A program made the position numbers and the translations under genes. The notes beneath the pieces were generated by a model, which had not been told where the DNA came from, made no database searches, and saw only the letters and a list, made by a program, of their open reading frames with translations. Shown here piece by piece: positions 29,087-39,357 of a DNA stretch of 64,000 bases (position 1 is the first letter of the stretch; each line of letters begins with the position of its first letter). Source of the DNA: an uncultured Candidatus Saccharibacteria bacterium (lineage in GTDB: Bacteria; Patescibacteriota; UBA1384; UBA12157; JAENIV01); assembly GCA_964433905.1 (NCBI GenBank), contig CAYSSM010000001.1, forward strand, positions 60,246-124,245, written 5' to 3'.

Positions 29087-29637
29087 TGGGCGGTGCCCAA
29101 GGCTGCTTTGGCAGCTTTACCAGGCTTTCTTCTTGGTATTTCGTCAATATATTTTATGCCTTTGCCCTTGTACGGTTCAACCGGACGGACGCGACGAATA
29201 TTCGCTGCAGCTTGACCAACTTTTTGATTATCAATTCCTGAAACGGTAATAATGTTTTTTTCAACTTTAAATTCAATACCTTCGGGAGCAACTTGCTCAA
29301 CCGTATGTGAAAAACCTACATTCAAAATCAGTTTATTTCCTTGGACTTCAGCACGGTAACCTACGCCTTTAAACTCTAACTTTTTTTGAAAGCCGATGCT
29401 TACGCCAGTTACAATATTAAATATCAACTTTCTAAATAGTCCATGGAGCGCTTTAGAAAACTTGTCATTTCTTGCTCTACTGACTGCGATTTCTAAACCT
29501 TCGATTTTTACAGCGACATTCTTGGGAAATTTTAAAGACAGCTCGCCCAAGGGACCCTTGGCCCTTACTTCATCGTTATTTATTGTAACTTGAGTATTCT
29601 CCGGAATGATAATTTTTCTTTGACCAATTTTTGACAT
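29083..29637 (-). CDS. rplF: 50S ribosomal protein L6
   Basis: MSKIGQR, GVGYRA, EPYKGKGIKY. Confidence 0.97.
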   Translation of the reverse strand: MSKIGQRKIIIPENTQVTINNDEVRAKGPLGELSLKFPKNVAVKIEGLEIAVSRARNDKFSKALHGLFRKLIFNIVTGVSIGFQKKLEFKGVGYRAEVQGNKLILNVGFSHTVEQVAPEGIEFKVEKNIITVSGIDNQKVGQAAANIRRVRPVEPYKGKGIKYIDEIPRRKPGKAAKAALGTAQ

Positions 29638-30015
29638 TTAATTTACCTCGGCAATAACTTCCCCGCCCAAGCCTTTTTTTCTGGCATCTTCGCCATTCAT
29701 CAGACCTTGAGAGGTAGAAATAATAATAATTCCTCGCGACCCTTTCAAAAGCGGAATACGGCTTGATGTGGCATAATATCTTCGGCCGGGTCGACTTATT
29801 CTTCTTATACCATTTAATTTGTTAATATCTCGAAGTTTAATCTCAATATATGTAAATTTATCAATTTTATTTTCCTTAAAATCGTCAACATAACCGTGTT
29901 CCTTTAAAATAGAAAGTATTCCCATTTTTAATTTTGAAAATTGGACGGTCAGTTTTTTCTGATCGGCATTTTTGGCATTTAATATATTAGTAAACATTTG
30001 AGCGATTGGATCCAA
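29638..30015 (-). CDS. rpsH: 30S ribosomal protein S8
   Basis: DPIAQMFTNI.NA, RISRPGRRYY, ISTSQGLM, GGEVIAEV. Confidence 0.95.
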   Translation of the reverse strand: MDPIAQMFTNILNAKNADQKKLTVQFSKLKMGILSILKEHGYVDDFKENKIDKFTYIEIKLRDINKLNGIRRISRPGRRYYATSSRIPLLKGSRGIIIISTSQGLMNGEDARKKGLGGEVIAEVN

Positions 30016-30028
30016 GATTACTCCTTTC

Positions 30029-30214
30029 TTACCAAGAAGATTTTGTTATACCCGGTATTTGTCCCTTTGCCGCCATTTCACGAAAACAGATACGGCAGAT
30101 ACCAAACTTGCGCAGGTATCCGCGTCTTCGACCACAACGAATACATCGTCGGACAACACGGGTTGAATATTTAGGTTTCTTTTTTGCACGCATGATTTGC
30201 GAAACTTTAGCCAA
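30029..30214 (-). CDS. rpsN: 30S ribosomal protein S14 (zinc-binding type Z)
   Basis: [35 protein letters not shown]. Confidence 0.97.
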   Translation of the reverse strand: MAKVSQIMRAKKKPKYSTRVVRRCIRCGRRRGYLRKFGICRICFREMAAKGQIPGITKSSW

Positions 30215-30758
30215 CTTTACTCCTTACCGGGGCTTTTTTAAAAGGAAAACCCCATGCTTTAAATAATTTTTGACCTAAATTGGAATCTCTAACATTGGTT
30301 ACTATTGTCAGAGACATTCCGAATAAAACTTCTGATTTATCGTAGGAAATTTCCGGAAAAACAATTTGCTCGCTAATTCCTAAGGTAAAATTACCATTTT
30401 TATCAAAACTTTTTTGATCAAGCCCACGAAAATCACGCACACGCGGCAAAACAATATCCGCAAGTTTAGTAATAAAATCAATCATTTTTCTTCCGCGCAA
30501 GGTTACCGTTAAGCCTACCTGGTCATTTTGACGAATTTTAAAACCGGAAACGGCTTTTCTGGCAGTTCTAATTGCCGGTTTTTGACCGGTAATCACCTTC
30601 AATCCGTCGGTAACTATTTCTAAAAATTTCGGATTAGTTTTTGTCGCACCGATACCCACATTAACAACGGTTTTCAATATTTTAGGCATTGCCATAACAT
30701 TTTTTATGCCAATATTCTGGCTTAATTTTTTGTTAACTTCGATTAATTTTTTATCCAT
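30207..30758 (-). CDS. rplE: 50S ribosomal protein L5
   Basis: [36 protein letters not shown]. Confidence 0.97.
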   Translation of the reverse strand: MDKKLIEVNKKLSQNIGIKNVMAMPKILKTVVNVGIGATKTNPKFLEIVTDGLKVITGQKPAIRTARKAVSGFKIRQNDQVGLTVTLRGRKMIDFITKLADIVLPRVRDFRGLDQKSFDKNGNFTLGISEQIVFPEISYDKSEVLFGMSLTIVTNVRDSNLGQKLFKAWGFPFKKAPVRSKVG

Positions 30759-31077
30759 TTGTGTCAAGACCTTCTTTGCATTTACGGCAAATTCTCATTT
30801 TTTGATTATTGGTAATTTTATAACCGGCTCGGACGGGCTTTCCGCAACTTGGGCAAATAATAATAATATTAGATACGTCCATAGGGGTAATTTTGTCGAT
30901 AATGCCACCGTGGGGATTTTTCTTTGACGGTTTTAAGTGATGTTTGGCAATATTGGTACCGGTAACTACAACTTTATTTTCTTTAGGAAGCACTCTCTCA
31001 ACCATGCCTCTTTTGCCGTAATCTTTACCGGCAATAACCATAACATTGTCACCTTTTTTTATCTTTAACTTATTCAT
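30751..31077 (-). CDS. rplX: 50S ribosomal protein L24
   Basis: IKKGDNVMVIAGKDYGKRG KOW motif. Confidence 0.96.
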   Translation of the reverse strand: MNKLKIKKGDNVMVIAGKDYGKRGMVERVLPKENKVVVTGTNIAKHHLKPSKKNPHGGIIDKITPMDVSNIIIICPSCGKPVRAGYKITNNQKMRICRKCKEGLDTNG

Positions 31078-31445
31078 TAAAGCACCTCCAAAGCCATTGA
31101 AATAATGCGACCAAAGCCCAAATCTTTTAATTCTTTCCCAACAGGTCCGAATATTCGGCTGCCACGCGGTGTTTTATCGGGATTTATCAATACAACCGCA
31201 TTATCATCAAATCTTACACTGGTCCCGTCAGGTCGTTTTATGGGTTTTCTTAAGCGAACGATCACGCCACGGATAACTTCTTTCTTTTTAACTTGAGTAT
31301 GCGCTGTGGCAGATTTAACCGAGCCAATTATAATATTACCAATCGTAGCCGCCGCCGCTTTGCCACCGCCAACAACACGAATAACCATTACTTCCCTGGC
31401 GCCTGAATTGTCTGCAACATTTAAGCGGGTGTAACTTTGAATCAT
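31077..31445 (-). CDS. rplN: 50S ribosomal protein L14
   Basis: MIQSYTRLNVADNSGA, RFDDNAVV, RIFGPV. Confidence 0.98.
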   Translation of the reverse strand: MIQSYTRLNVADNSGAREVMVIRVVGGGKAAAATIGNIIIGSVKSATAHTQVKKKEVIRGVIVRLRKPIKRPDGTSVRFDDNAVVLINPDKTPRGSRIFGPVGKELKDLGFGRIISMALEVL

Positions 31446-31684
31446 ATGGCCTCTTTAATATTAATAACTTTCCATGATTTACACTTACTTATCGGTCGCG
31501 TTGATACAATCGTTACAATTTGACCTTTTTTGACATCTTTTTGGGTATCAACTAAAAATTTCTGTGATTTAATATAACTTTTTCGATACATTGGATGAAT
31601 TTTTTTATAATCGATATTAATTAGAACGCTTTTATCAAGACTGTCGCGCAAGGCAACACCAATTAATTTGGTTATTTTAGACAT
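31442..31684 (-). CDS. rpsQ: 30S ribosomal protein S17
   Basis: HPMYRK, TRPISKCKSW; operon position. Confidence 0.92.
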   Translation of the reverse strand: MSKITKLIGVALRDSLDKSVLINIDYKKIHPMYRKSYIKSQKFLVDTQKDVKKGQIVTIVSTRPISKCKSWKVINIKEAI

Positions 31685-31901
31685 TTTTCTCCTTAATTTC
31701 TGACATCGCTTTTTCAGTTAAAATTGACCAAACTCGGGCAATTTTTTTTTGCTGAAAATTTATTTCTCGATAATTTTTCAACTTATTAAAACTCGATTTG
31801 AATTTTAATTCAGTCAATAATTTTTGCGAATCATGCAATTCTTTAATCAATAATTTACTATCTTTGGTTCTTAATTCTTTAAGTAAAATTTGTTTTTTCA
31901 T
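31677..31901 (-). CDS. rpmC: 50S ribosomal protein L29
   Basis: KELR...L.ELKF...[13 protein letters not shown]; between rplP and rpsQ. Confidence 0.88.
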   Translation of the reverse strand: MKKQILLKELRTKDSKLLIKELHDSQKLLTELKFKSSFNKLKNYREINFQQKKIARVWSILTEKAMSEIKEKNV

Positions 31902-32308
31902 TTTTTCCTCGTTATAAACCGGCTGGGAACACTAAGTTTGTGGGCGCCAAGACGCAAGGCCTCGCGGGCAATTTCTTCGGACACTCCATCCATTTCAAAA
32001 ATAATCCGACCGGGTAAAACCACTGCGACAAAATGATCTAAGCTTCCTTTGCCGCCACCCATACCACTTTCTGCTGCTGTTTTGGTAATTGGTTTATCAG
32101 GAAAAATTCTTACCCAAACTTTACCACCTCGCTTAATATAGTGAGTGATAGCGCGACGAGCGGCTTCGATCTGGCGAGCTGAAACCCATGCTCTTCCCAG
32201 AGATTTAATGCCGAAACTGCCAAAAGACAGAACTGAACCTCTGGCAGTAACTCCGCGCATTTTTCCGCGACAAATTTTTCTATGCTTTAATTTTCTTGGA
32301 ACTAACAT
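31898..32308 (-). CDS. rplP: 50S ribosomal protein L16
   Basis: [28 protein letters not shown]. Confidence 0.97.
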   Translation of the reverse strand: MLVPRKLKHRKICRGKMRGVTARGSVLSFGSFGIKSLGRAWVSARQIEAARRAITHYIKRGGKVWVRIFPDKPITKTAAESGMGGGKGSLDHFVAVVLPGRIIFEMDGVSEEIAREALRLGAHKLSVPSRFITRKK

Positions 32309-32317
32309 ATATTACCT

Positions 32318-32986
32318 TTACAAACTTTCGATTATATCACCTTTATATATCCATACTTTTACACCAATGATGCCGTAGGTAGTTAAAGCGTCAACTTGAG
32401 CATAATCAATATCTGCCCTAAGTCGACCTAAAGGTATCGATCCATTACCATAATGTTCACGACGAGCGATTTCCGCCCCGCCTAATCGACCGGCGATAAC
32501 AACCTTAACACCCAAGGCTCTTTTTTCCATAACTTTGGCAATCGTCTGCTTGATGGCTCTTTTGTAAGCAATTCTTCGCTCGATTTGATGAACAATTTGT
32601 TGAGCCACTATTTCAGCCGATAATTCTCCGTTCTTAATTTCCATGATTTCAATTTCAATTTTTTTATTTGCTAAACCGGTCTTATTATTTCTTATTTGAA
32701 GACAATTTTTTAATAAATACGTTTTAATCTCGTTAATTCCTTGACCACTGCGGCCAATTAAAATACCCGGTTTTGAGCTATAAATAGCAACTTTTATGGC
32801 ATCTTGATCGCGCGATAATTCTATTTTTGCAACTCCGGCGTTTTTGCCGAATCTTTTGCCAAGCAGGGTTCTAATCTCAATATCTTCAGCTAAATTTTTA
32901 GCAAAGCTCCTGGGGGCAAACCATTTTGACTGCCAATTTTTATTTAGTTGTAAGCGAAAGCCAATCGGGTTTACTTTATGACCCAT
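32318..32986 (-). CDS. rpsC: 30S ribosomal protein S3
   Basis: MGHKVNPIGFRL, GRLGGAEIAR, LRADIDY, YGIIGVKVWI. Confidence 0.97.
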   Translation of the reverse strand: MGHKVNPIGFRLQLNKNWQSKWFAPRSFAKNLAEDIEIRTLLGKRFGKNAGVAKIELSRDQDAIKVAIYSSKPGILIGRSGQGINEIKTYLLKNCLQIRNNKTGLANKKIEIEIMEIKNGELSAEIVAQQIVHQIERRIAYKRAIKQTIAKVMEKRALGVKVVIAGRLGGAEIARREHYGNGSIPLGRLRADIDYAQVDALTTYGIIGVKVWIYKGDIIESL

Positions 32987-33551
32987 TTTTACCTCTTTTT
33001 TTATTTTCAAAAGGCTGAATACCTCGTAGCCCTTCGGTCTGAGACCTCAGGATCGAAGACTTGCTACGAGGATGAAGCCTATTTGGAAACAAACTTGCCC
33101 CATCGGGGATACTCCGCCGCTTGCTGCGGAGTAGTTTATTTTCGTTTGAAAATATTATTGTTGCGTGCGATGATCGTTTTAAGATTGCGGTGGCCCGACC
33201 TCGATGAATCATGCGACGGCGTTTTAATTTTGGCCCTTCGTTAATCATTATTGACTTAATATAGATGGGGCCGTCAAGATTATATTTATTTTTAGCAATG
33301 TCGATCCCATTCTTGATGACCGAAATCAACGGTTTAGCGGCAAGCTTAAAAGAAAAAGTCAAAATATCAACTGCTTTTTCCGCTTCCTGGCCGATAACTA
33401 AATGTGCCACTAAGCTCATTTTATCGGGAGTCGTTCTAATAAAACGATCGCGGACAACTATTTCCTGAATTTTTTCAGATTTCTTGTTATCGAATTTAAC
33501 TTTATCTATTTTTTGCGTATCGTTTACTTTTACTTTTTCCACAATTGCCAT
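32976..33551 (-). CDS. rplV: 50S ribosomal protein L22 with repeat-derived 45-aa C-terminal insertion
   Basis: NEGPKLKR....RGRA..ILKRSSHATI core; tail encoded by family C element. Confidence 0.93.
   Translation of the reverse strand: MAIVEKVKVNDTQKIDKVKFDNKKSEKIQEIVVRDRFIRTTPDKMSLVAHLVIGQEAEKAVDILTFSFKLAAKPLISVIKNGIDIAKNKYNLDGPIYIKSIMINEGPKLKRRRMIHRGRATAILKRSSHATIIFSNENKLLRSKRRSIPDGASLFPNRLHPRSKSSILRSQTEGLRGIQPFENKKRGKNGS
33001..33139 (-). mobile_element. family C non-autonomous palindromic element inside rplV, with a nested 30-bp palindrome (33031-33060)
   Basis: colinear with 51449-51556 and 56369-56436: ATAAACTAC-hairpin...AAGTTTGTTT...hairpin...TGAAAATAA. Confidence 0.85.
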
Positions 33552-33904
33552 TATTTTGCTCCACTTTCAGCTTTAGGTTTTTCTTCTTTGGAAGCTTTAA
33601 CTGCTTGAGCCTCTTTAGCCACTACTGCTTGCTCTTCTTCTTTCGCCATACGACCACCGTGTCGAATGAATTTTCTTGTTGGTGAAAATTCACCTAATTT
33701 ATGACCGACCATATCCTCAATTATTAATACGGGGATATGTTCGCGGCCATTATGAACTCCGATTTTGTGACCGACCATTTCGGGAGAAATAACTGAACTT
33801 CTAGCCCAAGTTTTAATAATTTGCCCGTCACCGGCTTTCAGATTCTTAATTTTTTTGATTAGATTTTCATCAATATACGGACCTTTTTTTAGCGATCTAC
33901 TCAT
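33551..33904 (-). CDS. rpsS: 30S ribosomal protein S19
   Basis: [29 protein letters not shown]. Confidence 0.98.
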   Translation of the reverse strand: MSRSLKKGPYIDENLIKKIKNLKAGDGQIIKTWARSSVISPEMVGHKIGVHNGREHIPVLIIEDMVGHKLGEFSPTRKFIRHGGRMAKEEEQAVVAKEAQAVKASKEEKPKAESGAK

Positions 33905-34728
33905 TTCTTTCTCCTTGATATAATCATACTCTTCGAATATTTATTTTTTTTGCGGGTTCTGACCCCTAAAGCATGCTTGCCCCATGGGGTTTTCGGATAT
34001 TTTAAGCCAATCGGATTATTACCTTCGCCACCGCCATGAGGATGTGCGGCTGGATGCATCGCTTTACCTCTAACAGACGGTCTGATTCCCATGTGTCGTT
34101 TACGGCCGGCTTTTCCAATTCTTTGTGCCGAATGAGTGATATTTGAAACTTGACCGACAGAGGCAAAACACTCGGCGTTAATTTTTCTAATTTCATCAGA
34201 CGGCATTTTCAGATTTACAAATTTTTCCTCTTTGGCCACAATTGTAGCAAAAGCACCAGCTGAACGCACCATCTTGCCGCCTTGAGTAGGCTTAATTTCG
34301 ATATCAAATATTCTGATACCATTAGGAATATTCTTAAGTTTTAAGCGATTGCCTATTTTAATTTCGGTCTTGTCGGCAGAGATAATCTCATCTTTAACTT
34401 TTGCCCCTTCCCACGCCAGAATATATTTTTTAATTTTGCCATCAAACTTTACTAAAGCAATAAAAGAAGATCTGTAAGGATCATACTCGATGCTTTCGAT
34501 AATTGCTGACGTATCCATAATTTCGTTTAAATTGGAAATTATTCGATACTGCTTTTTTTCACCGCCGCCCTGATGGCGAACGCTAATTTGGCCAGTTCTA
34601 TCGCGCCCGGCATGACTTTTCAACTTCAAAATCAGGCTTTTTTCAGGCCTTTTCTTGGTCAAAACCGAGTAGTCGGTAACTGACATTTTTCTCCGAGATT
34701 GAGTTGTAGGTTTGAAAAATTTAAGCAT
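33901..34728 (-). CDS. rplB: 50S ribosomal protein L2
   Basis: [34 protein letters not shown]. Confidence 0.98.
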   Translation of the reverse strand: MLKFFKPTTQSRRKMSVTDYSVLTKKRPEKSLILKLKSHAGRDRTGQISVRHQGGGEKKQYRIISNLNEIMDTSAIIESIEYDPYRSSFIALVKFDGKIKKYILAWEGAKVKDEIISADKTEIKIGNRLKLKNIPNGIRIFDIEIKPTQGGKMVRSAGAFATIVAKEEKFVNLKMPSDEIRKINAECFASVGQVSNITHSAQRIGKAGRKRHMGIRPSVRGKAMHPAAHPHGGGEGNNPIGLKYPKTPWGKHALGVRTRKKNKYSKSMIISRRKK

Positions 34729-35007
34729 TTATTTTTCTTCAAATCCGGGTATTTTTTGTCCTTTTTTAAGAGTGATAACCGCTTTTTTATATGATTTTAT
34801 TTTTGCGGCAAATTTACCCTTTACTAATTTGCTTGTCGGCTTTACTTTAATAATATTTACTTTTGTAACATCAACTTTATAAATATTCATAATTTCTTCG
34901 GCAACTTGAACTTTGTTAGCTTTGATATCGACAACAAAGACATATTTACCGACAGTATTCCCGGTCATTGATTTTTCTGAGATTAAGGGTTTAATTAATA
35001 TTTGCAT
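34729..35007 (-). CDS. rplW: 50S ribosomal protein L23
   Basis: PLISEKS, YVFVVD..ANK, YKKAVITL. Confidence 0.95.
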   Translation of the reverse strand: MQILIKPLISEKSMTGNTVGKYVFVVDIKANKVQVAEEIMNIYKVDVTKVNIIKVKPTSKLVKGKFAAKIKSYKKAVITLKKGQKIPGFEEK

Positions 35008-35638
35008 TTTTAACCTTAAATAGTTTTTCGATGGCTTCAATGCCTTTTACATCTGTCAATAAATAATCAAATTGAAGTAAATCTTTAGTGTTTAAACCGC
35101 TGGGTTGGATTACTTTTAGATAAGGGATATTTTCGCAAGAAAGCATAACATTGACATTTATTTTATCTATCAGTATCAAAATTGTTCCCTCTTCGATCGG
35201 CAGTTTTTCTATAAATTTTTGAATTTGCGCCGTGCTGATTTTGGGCATTTCGATTTTTGGTACAACGATTAACTTTTTTTCAGCTATTTTTTGGGATAAA
35301 GCTATTTTTAATGAAAGATTAGACATCTTTCGGGAAATTCTAAGATGGTAATTTTGGCTTTTTCGCGGACCAAAAGTTACCCCTCCGCCACGCCATAAAG
35401 GTGATCGGATCGATCCGGCTCTAGCGTTACCGGTGCCTTTTTGCCTGAAAGGTTTGCGGCCACCGCCGGAAACATCGCCACGATTTTTAGTATGAGCAGT
35501 CGACCGGCGGTGATTTGATTCATAAATTCTTAAAACCTGCGCTAACAAATTTGGGTTATCTTTAACGGAAAAAATATCCGAAGAAACATCCAAATTACTA
35601 TTATCTTTACCGGCAGCAGAATATATTTTAAGCTTCAT
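34991..35638 (-). CDS. rplD: 50S ribosomal protein L4
   Basis: TKNRGDVSGGGRKPFRQKGTGNARAGSIRSPLWRGGGVTFGP. Confidence 0.98.
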   Translation of the reverse strand: MKLKIYSAAGKDNSNLDVSSDIFSVKDNPNLLAQVLRIYESNHRRSTAHTKNRGDVSGGGRKPFRQKGTGNARAGSIRSPLWRGGGVTFGPRKSQNYHLRISRKMSNLSLKIALSQKIAEKKLIVVPKIEMPKISTAQIQKFIEKLPIEEGTILILIDKINVNVMLSCENIPYLKVIQPSGLNTKDLLQFDYLLTDVKGIEAIEKLFKVKNANIN

Positions 35639-36236
35639 TTTCACTCCACATCATAACGGGACTGTTATTTGCCCCAGGAACGGCTCCGGATAAAATCATT
35701 ATCTTTTTTTCTAAATCTATTTTAACTATCGGCAATTTTTTGACAGTAATTTTGACCGCGCCTTGATGGCCGGCCATTCGTTTGCCCTTGAAAACCCTTT
35801 GAGCGTCAGTTGAGCCAATCGAACCGGGCTGGCGATAATTGTTCGAGCCATGGGTTTTCGGCCCGGTATGAAAGCCGTGACGCTTAACTGTGCCGGAAAA
35901 ACCTTTTCCCTTAGAAATTCCGGTAACATTGATATTTTCACCTTCATGAAACTGCTCTAAAGTGATTTTATCGCCAATTTGATATTCTTTATCCGAGATT
36001 ACCTCAAATACCTTGTTAGGCTTAATATTTAATTTATCAAATCGGCCGGCTTCGGGTTTGTTCAAACGTTTTTTGCTGAAAGCGCCTATTTGAACCGCTT
36101 TGTAACCGTGTTTTTCTTGGTTTTTCAAATCGGTGACAACATTGTCTTTTACTTCAACCAAAGTAACCGCTACAGCCGCGCCAGCTTTATCAAATATTCT
36201 TGTCATACCAATTTTTTTACCATAAATCGCTTTCAT
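35628..36236 (-). CDS. rplC: 50S ribosomal protein L3
   Basis: GKKIGMTRIF, SKGKGFSGTVKRH, PGSIG, KRMAGHQG. Confidence 0.98.
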   Translation of the reverse strand: MKAIYGKKIGMTRIFDKAGAAVAVTLVEVKDNVVTDLKNQEKHGYKAVQIGAFSKKRLNKPEAGRFDKLNIKPNKVFEVISDKEYQIGDKITLEQFHEGENINVTGISKGKGFSGTVKRHGFHTGPKTHGSNNYRQPGSIGSTDAQRVFKGKRMAGHQGAVKITVKKLPIVKIDLEKKIMILSGAVPGANNSPVMMWSENEA

Positions 36237-36318
36237 TAAAACCCCTTTGCCCGGAAACATTCTCCTTAAAGAATATTATCCTGACCGCCGTTTATATAGA
36301 TTATCTTAATTATATAAT

Positions 36319-36639
36319 TTAAGTTTTTATTTCGATATCGACACCAGCCGGTAGATCCAAACTCATAAGCGAATCGATTGTTTTAGCCGAAGGATCAAAA
36401 ACATCAATTAATCTCTTGTGGATTCTCATTTCAAACTGTTCCCGGCTATCCTTATGAACAAAAGGGGATTTTAAAACCGTCACCTTGTTTTGTTCTGTCG
36501 GTAAAGGAATCGGACCGGTAACCACCGCTCCTGTTCGTTCGGCCGTTTCAATGATTTTTCGCGCCGATTTATCAATAATACGGTGGTCGTAGGCCTTCAG
36601 ACGGATTCTAATCTTTTGTTGATGTTCGCTTTTTGCCAT
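36319..36639 (-). CDS. rpsJ: 30S ribosomal protein S10
   Basis: [33 protein letters not shown]. Confidence 0.98.
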   Translation of the reverse strand: MAKSEHQQKIRIRLKAYDHRIIDKSARKIIETAERTGAVVTGPIPLPTEQNKVTVLKSPFVHKDSREQFEMRIHKRLIDVFDPSAKTIDSLMSLDLPAGVDIEIKT

Positions 36640-36652
36640 TTTTAATAAAAAT

Positions 36653-37837
36653 TTATTTAACTATTTTGGTAACAACACCCGCCCCGACAGTTTTGCCGCC
36701 CTCGCGGATAGCAAATCGCATCCCCTCTTCCATTGCCACCGGTTGAAGCAATTTAACTTTGAATTTAATCGTATCGCCAGGCATAACCATTTCGGTATCG
36801 GCTGGCAGTTCGACTTCACCAGTAACATCGGTAGTTCTAACATAAAATTGCGGTTTGTAACCTTTAAAGAACGGAGTATGCCGACCGCCTTCCTCCTTGG
36901 TTAAAATATATACTTCAGCATCAAATTCGGTGTGAGGAGTAATCGAACCAGGCTTTGCCAAAACTTGACCGCGCTCGATATCTTCACGTTCTACTCCGCG
37001 AAGCAAGGCCCCAATGTTATCGCCGGCGATACCTTCATCAAGCTGTTTCTTGAACATTTCCACACCGGTTACAATAACTTTCTTGGTTGGCTTTAAACCG
37101 ACGATTTCAATTTCTTCATTGACTTTAACCTTGCCACGTTCGATTCTGCCGGTAGCGACAGTGCCTCGGCCCTTAATCGAAAAAACATCTTCAACTGCCA
37201 TTAAAAACGGCTTTTCAATATCTCGTTTTGGTTCGGGAATATAGCTATCAAGAGCATTGATTAATTCATCAATTGATTTAACAGCATCGGCATCGCCTTC
37301 AAGAGCTTTTAAGGCTGAACCTTTAATAATGGGAATTTCATCACCGGGATATTCGTATTTTTTCAAGAGATCGCGAACTTCCATTTCCACCAAATCAAGC
37401 AGTTCATTATCGGTAACCTGATCTATTTTGTTAAGAAAAACGACAATATTTGGCACCCCGACTTGATAAGCCAACAGAATATGTTCTCTGGTTTGAGGCA
37501 TAGGACCGTCGGCAGCAGAAACAACTAAAATAGCACCGTCCATCTGAGCGGCACCGGTAATCATGTTTTTGACATAGTCGGCATGACCCGGACAGTCAAC
37601 ATGAGCATAATGACGCTTTTCGCTTTCATATTCAACATGACAAGTAGCAATGGTAATACCACGCTCTTTTTCTTCTGGTGCATTATCAATTTGATCAACT
37701 GTTCGCGGTTGTGCCAAGCCTTTTTTAGCTTGAACCTGCAAAATCGCTGCTGTCAAAGTAGTTTTGCCGTGGTCAACATGACCAATAGTTCCCACATTTA
37801 CATGGGGTTTCTTTCTTTCAAATTTTTCTGCTGCCAT
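36653..37837 (-). CDS. tuf: elongation factor Tu
   Basis: [33 protein letters not shown]. Confidence 0.99.
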   Translation of the reverse strand: MAAEKFERKKPHVNVGTIGHVDHGKTTLTAAILQVQAKKGLAQPRTVDQIDNAPEEKERGITIATCHVEYESEKRHYAHVDCPGHADYVKNMITGAAQMDGAILVVSAADGPMPQTREHILLAYQVGVPNIVVFLNKIDQVTDNELLDLVEMEVRDLLKKYEYPGDEIPIIKGSALKALEGDADAVKSIDELINALDSYIPEPKRDIEKPFLMAVEDVFSIKGRGTVATGRIERGKVKVNEEIEIVGLKPTKKVIVTGVEMFKKQLDEGIAGDNIGALLRGVEREDIERGQVLAKPGSITPHTEFDAEVYILTKEEGGRHTPFFKGYKPQFYVRTTDVTGEVELPADTEMVMPGDTIKFKVKLLQPVAMEEGMRFAIREGGKTVGAGVVTKIVK

Positions 37838-37872
37838 TTAAGACTCCTTACACAAATTAATATTACTCTTAT

Positions 37873-37901
37873 ATTTTACCTTATTTTAATTTAACTGTCA
37901 A
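37873..37901 (-). promoter_or_regulatory. sigma70-type promoter for tuf-S10 operon
   Basis: TTGACA-17 nt-TAAAAT on minus strand. Confidence 0.7.
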
Positions 37902-37976
37902 CATTTAGAGCTAAAAAATTCCCCTCGAAACTAAATATATCAAATTATTTTTCTTCTGTCAACCTTCAGCAACCAG

Positions 37977-38873
37977 TCAGGATTTTTTACTCAGTTCTAA
38001 ATATGTCAAAGTCAGCGCGCTTGAATAAAAGGCGTTGTAGGCACCGGCAAACACCATAAAGCCGATTAATACTGCCAAACCGGCAATAATTGCATAAATA
38101 ATCGCCATAATTTTCGAGGCTAAAAGTAAACCAAACCCAATGGCTAATAAAAGTCCGCCAATAAATAATACAGCTAAAATAACGGCGATCCCCACTCCAA
38201 TACTAATGGCGTAAAGAAGTAAATACATCACAATTACTTTGCCTAAATTATCGCGAACCATATGGAGAGAATGGCGGATGCTTTCCCAAACACTTAATTT
38301 TTCCAATACCACCACTCTTAACGAATATGGTGAGATAAATGATACCAGTAACCAAAAAATCAAATCAACAAAAAAGAGCAATATTCCCCAGATAATAGCC
38401 AAAATATACTGATGAGAGACAACCAATAAAGCCACCGGGCCGATAAGTAATATCAGCGATGCCAGAATCATCAAAAAATAAAGAATGTTTACTCCCAAAA
38501 TGCGCCAGAAATTATGCCAACCAAGCAAAAAACCGATTTTGAAATTATTTTTCTCGTTTATGGATATTTTTTTAACCGAACCGATCAAGGCGCCTTGGCT
38601 AACAATACCAATGATATACATCACCAATCCAAATACCGTCAAAATGGCAATCAAGGTTAATATTATCGCTCCGTAACTCAGCCAAAAAGAAGCAAAATCA
38701 AAATTGGTAGAATTATTTTCAAAAGCTTTTTGCCATTCAGAGCTACCACTAGAGTAATTTAAACCAAAACTGCGGTAACCGCCATAACCGCCAGCTAGCA
38801 TTCCAAAAATCCACAAATACTTTTGTTTTAAAGCAATTTTGTAAGAATTTCTTACTATTTCAAAATAATCCAT
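37977..38873 (-). CDS. hypothetical multi-pass membrane protein
   Basis: about 6 hydrophobic helices; AAGGAGG SD before ATG 38873. Confidence 0.8.
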   Translation of the reverse strand: MDYFEIVRNSYKIALKQKYLWIFGMLAGGYGGYRSFGLNYSSGSSEWQKAFENNSTNFDFASFWLSYGAIILTLIAILTVFGLVMYIIGIVSQGALIGSVKKISINEKNNFKIGFLLGWHNFWRILGVNILYFLMILASLILLIGPVALLVVSHQYILAIIWGILLFFVDLIFWLLVSFISPYSLRVVVLEKLSVWESIRHSLHMVRDNLGKVIVMYLLLYAISIGVGIAVILAVLFIGGLLLAIGFGLLLASKIMAIIYAIIAGLAVLIGFMVFAGAYNAFYSSALTLTYLELSKKS

Positions 38874-38919
38874 CAATCCTCCTTTGAGTGATACTTTTAT
38901 TGAATTATAACATAATTGC

Positions 38920-38948
38920 TTGACAAGAGGCAATTAATCTGTTACAAT
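38920..38948 (+). promoter_or_regulatory. sigma70-type promoter with extended -10
   Basis: TTGACA-17 nt-TACAAT preceded by TGn. Confidence 0.65.
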
Positions 38949-38980
38949 TGCTTGTTTTGTAAATTTATAGGTTTTTTTTG

Positions 38981-39148
38981 ATGGATATAATTTTACTTTT
39001 AATTTTAATTTTCTATGTCAGCGTATTAGTGAGCTTCGTCATTTCAATCGCAGCTTTTTCGCTTTCTACAAAAATAAAAGCCAATTTTTGGATTTTAGGT
39101 CTAATTTTGGGTATTTTTATCTTAAATTGGATAAAATTGGCTTTGTAA
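38981..39148 (+). CDS. putative small 2-TM membrane protein (55 aa)
   Basis: manual translation MDIILLLILIFYVSVLVSFVISIAAFSLSTKIKANFWILGLILGIFILNWIKLAL*; promoter 32 nt upstream. Confidence 0.5.
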   Translation: MDIILLLILIFYVSVLVSFVISIAAFSLSTKIKANFWILGLILGIFILNWIKLAL

Positions 39149-39263
39149 TATAGTTAGAAACTTGAAACATCATTTCTATATAAAAATCTATTGACTTTTT
39201 AACTATTATAAGATTGCTTTGCTCGCACTCGCAATGACATTTATCATTTTTTCTATCCTTTAG

Positions 39264-39307
39264 ACACATCGTTATATCCACATCGTAAGTGTATTAGTAG
39301 ATGTGCT
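39264..39307. repeat. family A repeat copy 3 (distant from transposase)
   Basis: ACACATCGTTATATCCACATCGTAAGTGTATTAGTAGATGTGCT, colinear with 5702 and 6432. Confidence 0.75.
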
Positions 39308-39357
39308 CTTTCCTTATTTAGATGCTATTTTATGTTCTCGACTATGCTCGAACTAAA

